Origin: a virus
Lineage: Duplodnaviria; Caudoviricetes
Direction: 5' to 3' (one strand)
Length of the DNA: 64,000 nt
IMG/VR virus record: IMGVR_UViG_3300011989_000005
Span: 70,183-134,182 of that record
A program made the position numbers and the translations under genes. The notes beneath the pieces are model-generated. The model made no database searches and was not told where the DNA came from. It worked only from the letters and a program-made list of their open reading frames with translations. This document shows positions 27,173 to 36,930 of this stretch, in pieces (position 1 is the stretch's first letter; every line of letters starts with the position of its first letter).

Positions 27173-27730
27173 ATGGATTTCCAAAGTCTAAAGCAAGGTT
27201 CTCCCATATATATTCTTCAGGAAGGCGGCACCGAGCCACAACTTACCGTTGCGACGGTGGCCAACAAGCCAGAACCAAAGCCAATGTATATGACACAGAC
27301 ACCTGGTGCTACGCCCGGTATCTATGCCGGCACGAACATGATGCAGCCCGTCGTGGAGATTGTGGTCCACATGGGCAATGAGGACGTTCCGTTCTCCAAC
27401 CTCTCTCCGACAGCTTCGACAGCCACATATAATAACGGTCAGACTACTATCAGTTGCACGACTGAAGGAATGCTGCCAGCCGTGGATGCCATGATGCAGA
27501 AGGCCAGAAAGCGCATCGAGGAACGTCCCTACGACGATGCGGTTATGGTGAAAGGCAAAGAGTTCCTGATGTCGCTCAACCCTCGCTACAAAGAGGAGGA
27601 AGAGCAGAAGCAGGATATCGCCAACCTGAAAGGACAGATGGGCGACGTGGTAAACACCATGAACACCATGATGACTATGATGCAGGATCTTAACAAGAAG
27701 ATTTCCGGCACCTCGCCGAAGGGCAAGTAG
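27173..27730 (+). CDS. Hypothetical protein with C-terminal coiled coil
   Basis: 185 aa ORF. Confidence 0.8.
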   Translation: MDFQSLKQGSPIYILQEGGTEPQLTVATVANKPEPKPMYMTQTPGATPGIYAGTNMMQPVVEIVVHMGNEDVPFSNLSPTASTATYNNGQTTISCTTEGMLPAVDAMMQKARKRIEERPYDDAVMVKGKEFLMSLNPRYKEEEEQKQDIANLKGQMGDVVNTMNTMMTMMQDLNKKISGTSPKGK

Positions 27731-27795
27731 AAGTCCGTGTGCCGTGCGGCAGAACCGCACGGATAGTAAGTAACCCTTTTAAAACAGCAACGACT

Positions 27796-28137
27796 ATGAT
27801 TTTCGGAATAGAATTTCGTGACGAGCAAGACAAGCGCGAGCTCGTCGAACTGGCACAGACTGCGAAGGATAATGTCTGTGACCTGTGGGACAAGTTGGCC
27901 GAGCACATTCCCGAGCTCCAGCAGATCCAGGAGCGTGGTGGACGCTACCGCGGCGGCTACGGCATGGGATGGCAGGGCAATGTTGGCTACCGCAACTACG
28001 GTGGCGGCACCAACTTCCGCGAAGGCGGCTATCCTCCTCACATGATGGGTGGCTACGGCCCAGCTATGGGAGGCTACGGCCCAACTTTCCGCGAGAACCC
28101 CGCGTACACTGGCGGCGGTGACCGTCGCGGTTACTAA
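27796..28137 (+). CDS. Protein with Gly/Tyr/Arg-rich low-complexity tail
   Basis: Start placed at MIFGIEF; RGGRYRGGYG and repeated GGYGP. Confidence 0.75.
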   Translation: MIFGIEFRDEQDKRELVELAQTAKDNVCDLWDKLAEHIPELQQIQERGGRYRGGYGMGWQGNVGYRNYGGGTNFREGGYPPHMMGGYGPAMGGYGPTFRENPAYTGGGDRRGY

Positions 28138-28147
28138 TTCTCCCCTT

Positions 28148-28207
28148 GGGCGGGCGCTGGCGCCCGGTGCTTCTCAGCCGGGTCAATCCCGCCGCCCGCC
28201 CGTTTTT
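28148..28207 (+). terminator. Terminator-like hairpin
   Basis: gggcgggcg ... cgcccgccc followed by gttttt. Confidence 0.55.
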
Positions 28208-28264
28208 ATCATTCCTAATATCCAGTATGCTGCGGCATTGCCGCAGCCCTAAAAAAGAAAGAAT

Positions 28265-28675
28265 ATGCACCAGTACGATATAATTCCAGAGGAGCTTAGA
28301 AAGTACCTCGCCCAGTTTGGTAAGCACTTCAACAAAAAGCTCTGCGACTACGCCGTCTCCCTCATGATGAAGGCCGGACCCGACGGCAAGCCCGTCCGCA
28401 TCACTCCCATGACCCGCGAAGAGGTTGACACCCTTCTGAAGACCCACGGCGTAGAACTGAAGAACAACGTCCTCTACGATCACGTGTTCGTTGCAAACAT
28501 GGTCAAGTCCGACCAGCTCGGCTCCAGCATCATCGACGCGAAGCATCACGCACTCGCCATCAAGGACTACATCGACGATGTTGACAAGGCCGAAGGCTAT
28601 CTCTTCGACCGCTGGATGTCAGACCTCTGCGGTCTCGGTCCCCATTACCTCCCATACTGGGAAGACATGATTTAA
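28265..28675 (+). CDS. Hypothetical helical protein
   Basis: YLAQFGKHFNKKLCDYAVSLM...YDHVFVANMVKSD...YIDDVD...WEDMI. Confidence 0.85.
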   Translation: MHQYDIIPEELRKYLAQFGKHFNKKLCDYAVSLMMKAGPDGKPVRITPMTREEVDTLLKTHGVELKNNVLYDHVFVANMVKSDQLGSSIIDAKHHALAIKDYIDDVDKAEGYLFDRWMSDLCGLGPHYLPYWEDMI

Positions 28676-28714
28676 CGTTCAGTAAACGGCGGTAGTACCG
28701 CCGCCCCATTCACT

Positions 28715-29110
28715 ATGACCCGCGACTACTTAGACATTGACCGTCACTGGGGCATCCTGGCCTACTATGACGTCATCCCCGCCGACTTCTCACAGCTCGG
28801 CCCCATCCTCCGTGAGTTCTCCTGTCCCGAGGAGGAGATAGAAAAAGCCTGGCAGACCATTCACTACTCAAACAAGGCATTCATTTTCAATGTCCCCTGG
28901 GCACGCATGTCTGTCCTTGTTGTCGGCCACGTCACCCACCCCTCGCAGTTCCTCAACTCCCTTCTGCACGAGTTCGACCACCTACAGGATGCTATCCTCA
29001 AATACTACGACGTGCCCCACGGTACCGAAGACGCAGCATACCTCCAGGGCTACCTCGGTCAAATAGCCTACGACGGCATCCTGCCGCTTCTCTGTCCTGT
29101 CTGCCCTTGA
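28715..29110 (+). CDS. HExxH-motif protein (possible zinc metallopeptidase)
   Basis: LLHEFDHL with downstream EDAAYLQG. Confidence 0.7.
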   Translation: MTRDYLDIDRHWGILAYYDVIPADFSQLGPILREFSCPEEEIEKAWQTIHYSNKAFIFNVPWARMSVLVVGHVTHPSQFLNSLLHEFDHLQDAILKYYDVPHGTEDAAYLQGYLGQIAYDGILPLLCPVCP

Positions 29111-29137
29111 CCTTTTCCCGCTTGTTAGTTATTTTGT
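29102..29137 (+). promoter_or_regulatory. Putative late promoter, copy 2
   Basis: TGCCCTTGA-N19-TATTTTGT. Confidence 0.7.
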
Positions 29138-29158
29138 GCGGAAAAGGCGATATACACA

Positions 29159-30529
29159 ATGGCTCGCACTTCCTCACTCTATTATATAGCGCCGTCGGCT
29201 GTCAACGTCGTGCCTAACTGTAACGGCACGGCGAGCGACCTGTCCGTAAATGTCAGTCGCGACACTAAACTGAAAGTGTATTATCCCGACATCGCCGATC
29301 TTGACATCAGCGTGTCGGCTAACACTTATCTGGAGTGGCAGTTGAAAGGTCGCAACCGCCGGCTGAACGAAGTCAAGCCATATACCATCTACGCCCGTCT
29401 GAGTAAAACAGATCACAGCGACGGCTATATGGTATTCGCCGCGCAGGTACAAAACCCAGCGACGGGCGAATACGAAGACCCTTACATCCTGTCACCTAAC
29501 ACCAGCAGTTCCATCAATGTCACCACCACAGACCGTCGTGGGACAAAGCACACTTGGAGACCTGTACCATCGCGACAGTCACAAAGCAACCGGACAGACT
29601 TCTGGTGGATAAAAATCGGCACGGTCTCGGTGCCGGAGAATGGCAAGCGCACCGTCACCGTTGACACAGGCATCCTTGGCACCGACCAGTATAACACACA
29701 ATGGAGACTGAACCCCGATGATCTTCCTGACAGACCTGTACGAATCATCCTTGAGGACCGAGGCGCATGGACTGATACGCCATATTCCGTATATACGGGT
29801 CCCACCGGACGACGCACTCCGGACGGAACGCTTGACCCCACCGTGGCGGCGTTACTGATTTGGACTGGATCTGAGCCAATGGCAATCAACCATGGCGACC
29901 CTGTCTACGATCCCTATCACCGTGAGTCCCTGTCCCGCCGGCGCTGGATAGAGATGCGCATGTCAGAGGAGTACGCCGACCTGACCGACGCTGAGCTCTA
30001 CGTCAGGCTGACGCAGGAGACTAAGGGCTGGGAAAACGAGAACGAGCTGGAGACGAGCCGTGTGTGGCGGGGCGACAAGCTGTGGGAGTGCCTGGCGGAA
30101 GGAACCACGGAGGCTCCTGGACTTGGCTGCGCCGACTGGCGCGTTGTCAGCGGCGACACCACGTTCTATGCCGGCATCTACACCAGCAACGGCCGGACGT
30201 TCCGCAATGGCAACATTGACAGTGTGCTGACCATGCGCGTATGGTGGGGAAGCGAGGAAGTGACCGACGTGGTGCTGGCAGACCACGGGTATGACATCGC
30301 GTGGAAGCGGTTCACAGCCTACGACGCACAGACGGAGGAGTACACACAGCAGCCAGAGGACCTGTCGTGGACTGCCACAGCGGCAGGTCAGAACAAGATA
30401 CACCTGCGGCGCGGAGATATGGGCAGCGGATGGATGAGAAGCTATCGCAGCGCCATGATACGGGCTACGATGACAGCGGGCATCATCAACGGCGAGGTGA
30501 GCGAGGTGACGGCAGATTTTATATTCTGA
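29159..30529 (+). CDS. Putative tail/baseplate protein
   Basis: 456 aa beta-rich; DRGAW and LWECL...PG...DW segments. Confidence 0.6.
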   Translation: MARTSSLYYIAPSAVNVVPNCNGTASDLSVNVSRDTKLKVYYPDIADLDISVSANTYLEWQLKGRNRRLNEVKPYTIYARLSKTDHSDGYMVFAAQVQNPATGEYEDPYILSPNTSSSINVTTTDRRGTKHTWRPVPSRQSQSNRTDFWWIKIGTVSVPENGKRTVTVDTGILGTDQYNTQWRLNPDDLPDRPVRIILEDRGAWTDTPYSVYTGPTGRRTPDGTLDPTVAALLIWTGSEPMAINHGDPVYDPYHRESLSRRRWIEMRMSEEYADLTDAELYVRLTQETKGWENENELETSRVWRGDKLWECLAEGTTEAPGLGCADWRVVSGDTTFYAGIYTSNGRTFRNGNIDSVLTMRVWWGSEEVTDVVLADHGYDIAWKRFTAYDAQTEEYTQQPEDLSWTATAAGQNKIHLRRGDMGSGWMRSYRSAMIRATMTAGIINGEVSEVTADFIF

Positions 30530-30557
30530 ATGCAAAATTTATAAGCGAGATAAGACA

Positions 30558-31901
30558 ATGGCAATAAAAAGTAGAGCTTCACACAGCCAGCAGGTTTTCG
30601 ACGCACTGACGCTATCGTCGGAGATCACGGTTCGAGGCGGCAATCCGAGGCAGATGTACTCTGCCGTGCTCGGCACTTTCGAGGACGACCGCCGGTACGT
30701 GCCCTGCATCCTTGGCGGATTTGTGTTCGTGTCAGACCCGGCCGGCGTGATGAACGGCGTGGCACAGCTGACAGACATCGAATGGTACACACAGCTGCCC
30801 ATCGAGAACGACTACGCTACCGGGCGCATCACCAATCCGTCGGCAGAGATTCTGGAGGATACCGATGTGATAGACCCTGATACGGGTGCTGTCACCCACG
30901 AGGCACTATGGCGCAGTGCAGACTTCCTTGTCAGCGACGGGTCGGACAGTCCATGGTGCTCGAACGTACCGAAAAACTGCCTTATTATTCACAAGAACAT
31001 GCCTGCTGACACGTCTATGACTATTTACGGCGTGTTGAAATTCATCGACCAGCGCACAGGCGATATTGTACGGCGACTGGAGTCGAAGGATATCGGCACG
31101 TCCGGATTCAACGACGAAGCCACCGTGCTGCGCGGCCCAAGCGGAGCAGAGATTATGATTGACGCACTGGCCATACCGGATGCTGTTCCTGCAGGTCAGA
31201 CAATACTCGACATTCCATGGACGCAACGCATATCAGTACAGCTGGTAGGAGCCGAGGGTAATGTTCCTGACACGGAGGCATGTTACCAGTGGGTGGTGGA
31301 GGACTCCGACGCTGTTGCCGGCTGGCGGGCATTCACCGCCATGGAGATTGCCGCCATGCGGATAACGGGGGAAAACACCAAGTCGCTGACATACGACGCG
31401 CGAATGATAACAACCGAGACGATGCGGATGCGTTGCTATGCCGCCCGTCGCGAGGAGGGAGAGGCATGGAGCAGTCCGATTGGCAGAGACAACCCGTTCT
31501 ACGACTACCGTGTGACGGCTGAGCTGAACGGCAAGCTGACAGCAGATCCGGTTCAACTGCGCGGGGCGGTGCAGGACCTCGGCATGAGCAAACAGGTGGA
31601 GTACACAATGGACCTTCGCTACAACGGCAAGGCGGTACCATTCCCCAAGAAGTGCCTGTTCCTCGTCCACTGGTTCAGCTCAGGAAGAGTGCTTCGCAAC
31701 GGCAGTTATGTCTACGAGAGGAACGACATGGGCTACGGGCCGAACCTGATGTTCTATCCCTGCGACTACGGTTACACCTATGCCGATGGCTTTATGGTTG
31801 ATGCAGAAGTAGAGACGTACAAGGGCTGCGCGGCCGTCATGAGCGGCAACAGCTATGTCAGGCAGGGCGACAGCATGGTGATAGCTCCCACTTACGAATA
31901 A
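30558..31901 (+). CDS. Putative tail/baseplate protein
   Basis: 447 aa in the structural operon. Confidence 0.6.
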   Translation: MAIKSRASHSQQVFDALTLSSEITVRGGNPRQMYSAVLGTFEDDRRYVPCILGGFVFVSDPAGVMNGVAQLTDIEWYTQLPIENDYATGRITNPSAEILEDTDVIDPDTGAVTHEALWRSADFLVSDGSDSPWCSNVPKNCLIIHKNMPADTSMTIYGVLKFIDQRTGDIVRRLESKDIGTSGFNDEATVLRGPSGAEIMIDALAIPDAVPAGQTILDIPWTQRISVQLVGAEGNVPDTEACYQWVVEDSDAVAGWRAFTAMEIAAMRITGENTKSLTYDARMITTETMRMRCYAARREEGEAWSSPIGRDNPFYDYRVTAELNGKLTADPVQLRGAVQDLGMSKQVEYTMDLRYNGKAVPFPKKCLFLVHWFSSGRVLRNGSYVYERNDMGYGPNLMFYPCDYGYTYADGFMVDAEVETYKGCAAVMSGNSYVRQGDSMVIAPTYE

Positions 31902-31922
31902 CCCGAACAAAAAGATAACGTT

Positions 31923-32111
31923 ATGTACCTACTTATCCCGAGGGAGCGGCTACCCCAGAACCGTCATTACGAACTGATGCCCGACGGACGCGCCATCGTG
32001 AGCGGACGCGAGGCAAAGACAATGGGTGCGCTGGAAGGCGTCACCGTAGTACCCAACACCGCCATACTGCAGCAGCTGCGGGCAACAGGCACAAAGAAAC
32101 AGGAGGAATAA
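31923..32111 (+). CDS. Small hypothetical protein
   Basis: 62 aa ORF that fills the gap between tail genes. Confidence 0.65.
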   Translation: MYLLIPRERLPQNRHYELMPDGRAIVSGREAKTMGALEGVTVVPNTAILQQLRATGTKKQEE

Positions 32112-32114
32112 GAC

Positions 32115-33371
32115 ATGAACATATCAGCAGGAATAGTCATCGAAGGCGTTATTGACGGCACCACCATCGGTTATCAGGTTGTAGTCCACGGCGACAGACC
32201 GCTGGAGCAGTCGTACAACAGCAATACTGGCAAGTGCTCGCCAGACTGGGCGGCAATATGGCAGGACATAAAAGACAACGGCGTGTCGTCGGAAAAGCTG
32301 AACAGGCTGCCACGTGTCTATATCAAGGCCCGTGACCTCACGTCGGGCGAGGATGTCACCGACTCACTTGTCATTGCGAAGGTCAAGTACAACGATGCGG
32401 AGGTGGCATGGAACGACGGAGGAACGGCATTCGACATCATCAGGATGGTGGGAAAGAACGATGCCTCATACGGGCTGCCGTTCGGCGTGCCCTGTGCCAT
32501 GTTCATAGGCAACCCTGCAGACAGCCAGAACAATCCCGACAACGACCGCATAACCTTCAGCGGCACGGTGGTCGCTAACGGAGCACAGGTGTCGTTCTCC
32601 GACATCGGAAAGGACGTGAAGATATATCCTGAGCTGTCGGCGAATACAGGATATCTGGTGACGCTGAAAGTGCCCGATGACGGTGACTCCTATATCTATG
32701 ACAAGAAGGTCTCCACCATACGTGTCGCCAAACTATGGTATGACCATGAACTGATAGATCCGGCAAAGACACCTCACTTCTTCAGATACTACGACATCAC
32801 CGGCTCTGACGACACGCCTCTCGCCGATACGGCTGGCAGGATAGCCATCACTACCGTTGCTGATGGTGGAATCACCGCAACGAGCAATAAGATTGAGATA
32901 TTCCCTGATGCTGTTGACAGCATGATGACCCTGCGCTGCGATGCCTTCGCGGGAACTCCAGAGAACCCGGGCGAGCTTCTTGCCAGCGCCATCAACGTCA
33001 TCTACGACCTGAGCGATGAGTACCAGGTGCAATGGACCCTGGCGGACAATGCATCGTTCAGCAGCGGACAGGAGATGACCAGCAGCAATGACCTGAGCGA
33101 GGGACCGCGCTTCATGCTGCGCAAGGGCATGAGGAAATATTTGCGGCCCACCATTGTCGACAAAAGCGGAGAGGCTGTCGTCTTCGAGAACACACCAACG
33201 TGGACGTTCAACGCCGACAGTCCTGACGGCAATACAGCCATCAGTGACATGACCGACACAAACATCAACAACCATACGGCAGGACAGGCGTACTGCTTCA
33301 TCCAGTACTCCGACGTGGTGAAGGACAACCGCCGCCGACCGGTGAAAATCCATGCACAGACAACTATCTGA
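32115..33371 (+). CDS. Putative tail protein
   Basis: 418 aa; N-terminus paralogous to the next gene. Confidence 0.6.
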   Translation: MNISAGIVIEGVIDGTTIGYQVVVHGDRPLEQSYNSNTGKCSPDWAAIWQDIKDNGVSSEKLNRLPRVYIKARDLTSGEDVTDSLVIAKVKYNDAEVAWNDGGTAFDIIRMVGKNDASYGLPFGVPCAMFIGNPADSQNNPDNDRITFSGTVVANGAQVSFSDIGKDVKIYPELSANTGYLVTLKVPDDGDSYIYDKKVSTIRVAKLWYDHELIDPAKTPHFFRYYDITGSDDTPLADTAGRIAITTVADGGITATSNKIEIFPDAVDSMMTLRCDAFAGTPENPGELLASAINVIYDLSDEYQVQWTLADNASFSSGQEMTSSNDLSEGPRFMLRKGMRKYLRPTIVDKSGEAVVFENTPTWTFNADSPDGNTAISDMTDTNINNHTAGQAYCFIQYSDVVKDNRRRPVKIHAQTTI

Positions 33372-33389
33372 ATATTCGGTAAGAAAAAA

Positions 33390-36005
33390 ATGATCATATC
33401 CGCAGGCATTACATTCGATGGCGTCATCGACGGTCAGAACGGCACTAACGGCGACACCACGCTGCAGGCATACAAGTGGAACCAGAGCGCCACAACGGGA
33501 CCGGAGAAGCCGTCAAGGGGACAGTACGACAAAGGATGGACCGCCACAGCCCCCGACCGTCCCGTCACAACCGGCGACCACTTCCTGTGGATGACGCAGA
33601 CAGTGAGGCATACCGCCGAAGACGGCACCGTCACCTACGACGAGTGGAGCACACCCGTGCGCATCTCCGGGGACACTGGCAAACAGGGCGACGACGGCTA
33701 CGGGCTGACGCTTACGCCCTCGTCACTCATCTTCGAGGAGAAGGTGAGGACGGTGGACGGGTCAGAGGAAACCTACGTCGACTATGCGAACAACATCGTG
33801 TCGGCGGTGGTGTACAAGGGAGAAGAGCCACAGAGAACTACTGTCAGTGTCATCACCACCGGGCAGACAAGTGAAGGCTGCGACCTTAGCAAGATAACCG
33901 TATCTGGCGGTACTGTCACAATGGGTAGCGGAAGCATCAGCGACGACGTGTCATCAGGTCACTTCACCATCCGCGTGACAGCCGACGGCGGAGCCTTCGA
34001 CCGACTTGTGCGCATCAATTTCTACGTCAACAGGCTGGGTTCGTGGCGCATGAGCGTCAAACAGGATGCCATCACCGAGGCGGGTCGCCAGATAACTACC
34101 GGGCTGGGTCCTGACGGAGCTATCACCAAGGCATACGAGGGCGCCATTGACCGCCGTGCCGCAGGTTTGCGCAGTGAGTTCTCTGAACGGATTTCACGGG
34201 CTGGTGCCGACGGGCGCAACCTTTTCGGGTTCAGCAAGGGAATAGTGTTCGGCACTTTCCTGCCGTTCGTTCAAGGTTACGGTATTGTCAGCAACGTCGG
34301 CAGCGCCGGTCAGGCATACATACATCATCTGGGCTTCGACGGAGTTCCCGGTCACTACGTTGTCACCTTCCAGGCTCGCATGCTCACACAGTCCCGCAAG
34401 CTCTTCTTCCGTCTGTGGGGCGAGGGCGAGACCACCGCTCAGGAGGAGACCGTCACTACCTCATGGCGGGACTACGAGCTGCATTTCAGCATCGACTCTT
34501 TCCTGAACGACACTTCCGCATCGGGGCAGCTCTACATCAACGACCTGCATAAGAACGACGCAGGCGTGGAACAGTCGGACGCCAACTGGAACCGCATCGT
34601 CATCCGCCATCTGAAGATTGAGCGCGGACTCGCGGCTACAGGATTCTGCGCCTCCGACGAGGACATCGCCTATATCGGGCAGGGGCAGCGGATAACCAGC
34701 CTGACCCTCAGCGAAGGGGATTATCCTGTCACCTTCCCTGCAACTGTCGACGGCAGGGGCAGCGTCTATCAGGTCAGTGTGTCAGGTCTGAGCAACACCT
34801 ATCCATGGAGCCGGAATGGCGCAGGGCAGACGTATTGGGACTACATCAGCCAGCAAGGGGTGACAACGCTTGAAGCGGGCCGTTGCTACACACTGAGTTT
34901 CTGGGCGAAAGCCAGCGTTGGCGGAGTTACTATTACTCAGCACCTGTATCGTTCCGGATATGACCTCATAGACAATATCGGATCCGACTTGTACATGTCT
35001 GGCAGCTACGGGACTGTCAGCGAGAGCATGACATCCGACGGAAAAACCCACGTCCAGCTGACTACGGCATGGAAACAGTATTTTGTTCACTTCTATGCGA
35101 AAAACCCTATACCGTCAGTCAATGTGATTCCGCTACGCGTTGAGAAGGACATGAACTATGGTTCCGGCAAGAGCATCGCATCCTGCTCCATCTATATGTC
35201 AGACATCGTGCTGCAGGAGGGCTACGTCATGGACACCGCCACCTTCTCGTCGCTCATTGAGCAGAACGCCCGTCGCATCAGCCTTGTACAGCAGGCGGGA
35301 ACCCGCCGTGCCGGCATCGACGTGCAGGAAGGCACCGTAAACCTCTTTGGCGACCGCGTGTCCTTCAGCAACGCTGACGGAACCATCAGGGATAAGGTTT
35401 GGATAGATCCAAATGACGGTACACTGCATGCGGTGAATGGAGATTTCTCGGGCAATGGCACATTCCGTGGAACGGTGTATGCTTCAGATGGAGAATTTAC
35501 AGGCAAGATAAAAGCGACGGGCGGATTCTTTAAGGGAGAGAACTCTAATGGGTTCTCAATAAACTTCAACGCCGATGATCGGAGAATCACAATCAAAGGA
35601 CCGAGTTCCGTTAAAAACGTGTCAACATTAGCGCCAGCAACAGGCTCTGTCGAGGTGGAGTATGTTTCTATAGGACAATTTAGGCAAGCAGGTGGATCCT
35701 CAGAAGTGCATGGTGGTGAGCGACAGTATTATATACAATCAGATATTAGACTATACCGTCCTGGGGCGACCAACAACTATAATGGAATGATGGCTCAGTT
35801 GGATACTTATGATGGATTGATTTTTAAATATATACACAAAGTTACAGGTGAAACGAATAGATCGTGCTATGGTCCGAATAGTATGCGTGTATTCGGAGGT
35901 ATTATTTTTATTGACGACATTCCTGATTATGTTAAAGACAGAAATTCAGTTGTAGTTGGTCAAGTATATCTTGATGGCGAGACGCTAAAAGTCAGATTAA
36001 CGTAA
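33390..36005 (+). CDS. Tail fibre/spike-like protein with carbohydrate-binding-like modules
   Basis: WSTPVRISG, YTLSFWAKA and LTTAWKQY motifs; beta-repeat GTLHAVNGDFSG...GEFTGKIKATGG. Confidence 0.7.
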   Translation: MIISAGITFDGVIDGQNGTNGDTTLQAYKWNQSATTGPEKPSRGQYDKGWTATAPDRPVTTGDHFLWMTQTVRHTAEDGTVTYDEWSTPVRISGDTGKQGDDGYGLTLTPSSLIFEEKVRTVDGSEETYVDYANNIVSAVVYKGEEPQRTTVSVITTGQTSEGCDLSKITVSGGTVTMGSGSISDDVSSGHFTIRVTADGGAFDRLVRINFYVNRLGSWRMSVKQDAITEAGRQITTGLGPDGAITKAYEGAIDRRAAGLRSEFSERISRAGADGRNLFGFSKGIVFGTFLPFVQGYGIVSNVGSAGQAYIHHLGFDGVPGHYVVTFQARMLTQSRKLFFRLWGEGETTAQEETVTTSWRDYELHFSIDSFLNDTSASGQLYINDLHKNDAGVEQSDANWNRIVIRHLKIERGLAATGFCASDEDIAYIGQGQRITSLTLSEGDYPVTFPATVDGRGSVYQVSVSGLSNTYPWSRNGAGQTYWDYISQQGVTTLEAGRCYTLSFWAKASVGGVTITQHLYRSGYDLIDNIGSDLYMSGSYGTVSESMTSDGKTHVQLTTAWKQYFVHFYAKNPIPSVNVIPLRVEKDMNYGSGKSIASCSIYMSDIVLQEGYVMDTATFSSLIEQNARRISLVQQAGTRRAGIDVQEGTVNLFGDRVSFSNADGTIRDKVWIDPNDGTLHAVNGDFSGNGTFRGTVYASDGEFTGKIKATGGFFKGENSNGFSINFNADDRRITIKGPSSVKNVSTLAPATGSVEVEYVSIGQFRQAGGSSEVHGGERQYYIQSDIRLYRPGATNNYNGMMAQLDTYDGLIFKYIHKVTGETNRSCYGPNSMRVFGGIIFIDDIPDYVKDRNSVVVGQVYLDGETLKVRLT

Positions 36006-36024
36006 TATAAGTAATAATAAAACT

Positions 36025-36279
36025 ATGAAGGTAGATTTTGAGAACATCGAGGTTTATACAGACCTCGACAAAAAGAACAAGGTAACGGCAAATGTCCGTA
36101 AAGAATTTGCAAATGTAGTTTACCAGAATGGGCAGGGCATAGCGTTCCACGCTCTCGCTCTGAAAATTTGGAACGGGGAAAAAGAATATTCCGATGAGGA
36201 ATACGAGTTGATTATGAAAATAGCGGAGGCGTATTATTCACCATGTTTTATTGACGCACTTCGTGCCTATAAACCATGA
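36025..36279 (+). CDS. Small hypothetical protein after the tail fibre
   Basis: 84 aa ORF with an A-rich leader. Confidence 0.75.
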   Translation: MKVDFENIEVYTDLDKKNKVTANVRKEFANVVYQNGQGIAFHALALKIWNGEKEYSDEEYELIMKIAEAYYSPCFIDALRAYKP

Positions 36280-36301
36280 AAACGGGGCAGGTATAGGAGC
36301 G

Positions 36302-36805
36302 TTATTTTCTCCTATATCTGCTGCATATAATAATGGTCACATCGCCGCGAGAGACGAGATAGATGGTGTTATAATCCGTCTCAAAGAAAACGTCGTAATA
36401 AAGGAACTCTGATATTTCGCGGAACAAAGAACTACCACTGCCATCGTAATTCAACCAAATAAAAGGTTTTTCTGCACTGATAGTGTAAGTGCCTTTATAT
36501 TCTTTTTCCGGGTCTACGTCAGAAACGTTCCTGTTCAACTCAAACCTTCCGTCACTCCCGAAAACCAGCGTCGCTGGATTACGGTCAATAAACTCGGATG
36601 TACACCCAGAGATAATGTTGCCATTTATGCTTCCAGACAACTCACTGATGTCATTACAAAAGAAATCCCCGTCATGTTCCCATGAGCCGACTATATGCTG
36701 TTTGATATCGGTAACTTGTTTGTCTTCCATACTCTCACTGTCTTTCGAGCACCCCGTCATCAGCATTCCTGCGACGAGCATTGCCATGAATAAAACCTGT
36801 TTCAT
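36302..36805 (-). CDS. Lipoprotein (lipocalin-like), moron-type gene
   Basis: MKQVLFMAMLVAGMLMTG-CSKDSE lipobox; IVGSW and GTYTI motifs; lower GC; own TATCTTTG box at 36853-36846. Confidence 0.8.
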   Translation of the reverse strand: MKQVLFMAMLVAGMLMTGCSKDSESMEDKQVTDIKQHIVGSWEHDGDFFCNDISELSGSINGNIISGCTSEFIDRNPATLVFGSDGRFELNRNVSDVDPEKEYKGTYTISAEKPFIWLNYDGSGSSLFREISEFLYYDVFFETDYNTIYLVSRGDVTIIICSRYRRK

Positions 36806-36885
36806 TGTGTAGCTTTTTTTTAGTTTGAAAATGTCGTAGCAAGTGCAAAGATAGTGCAAACCAAATAAAAAACCAAATAAAAGAC

Positions 36886-36922
36886 AGAAAAATCCACCGT
36901 CGCATTCCCGCAGCGGTGGATT
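36886..36922 (-). terminator. Intrinsic terminator ending the minus-strand late operon
   Basis: aatccaccg / cggtggatt stem with an A run on its left (T run on minus). Confidence 0.65.
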
Positions 36923-36930
36923 ATCGTTTC

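Noticed and set aside
29159-36005. Second DGR target among the tail genes
   Set aside because: No further TR-like sequence noticed by eye; a TR alignment against the full genome would be needed to exclude remote targets
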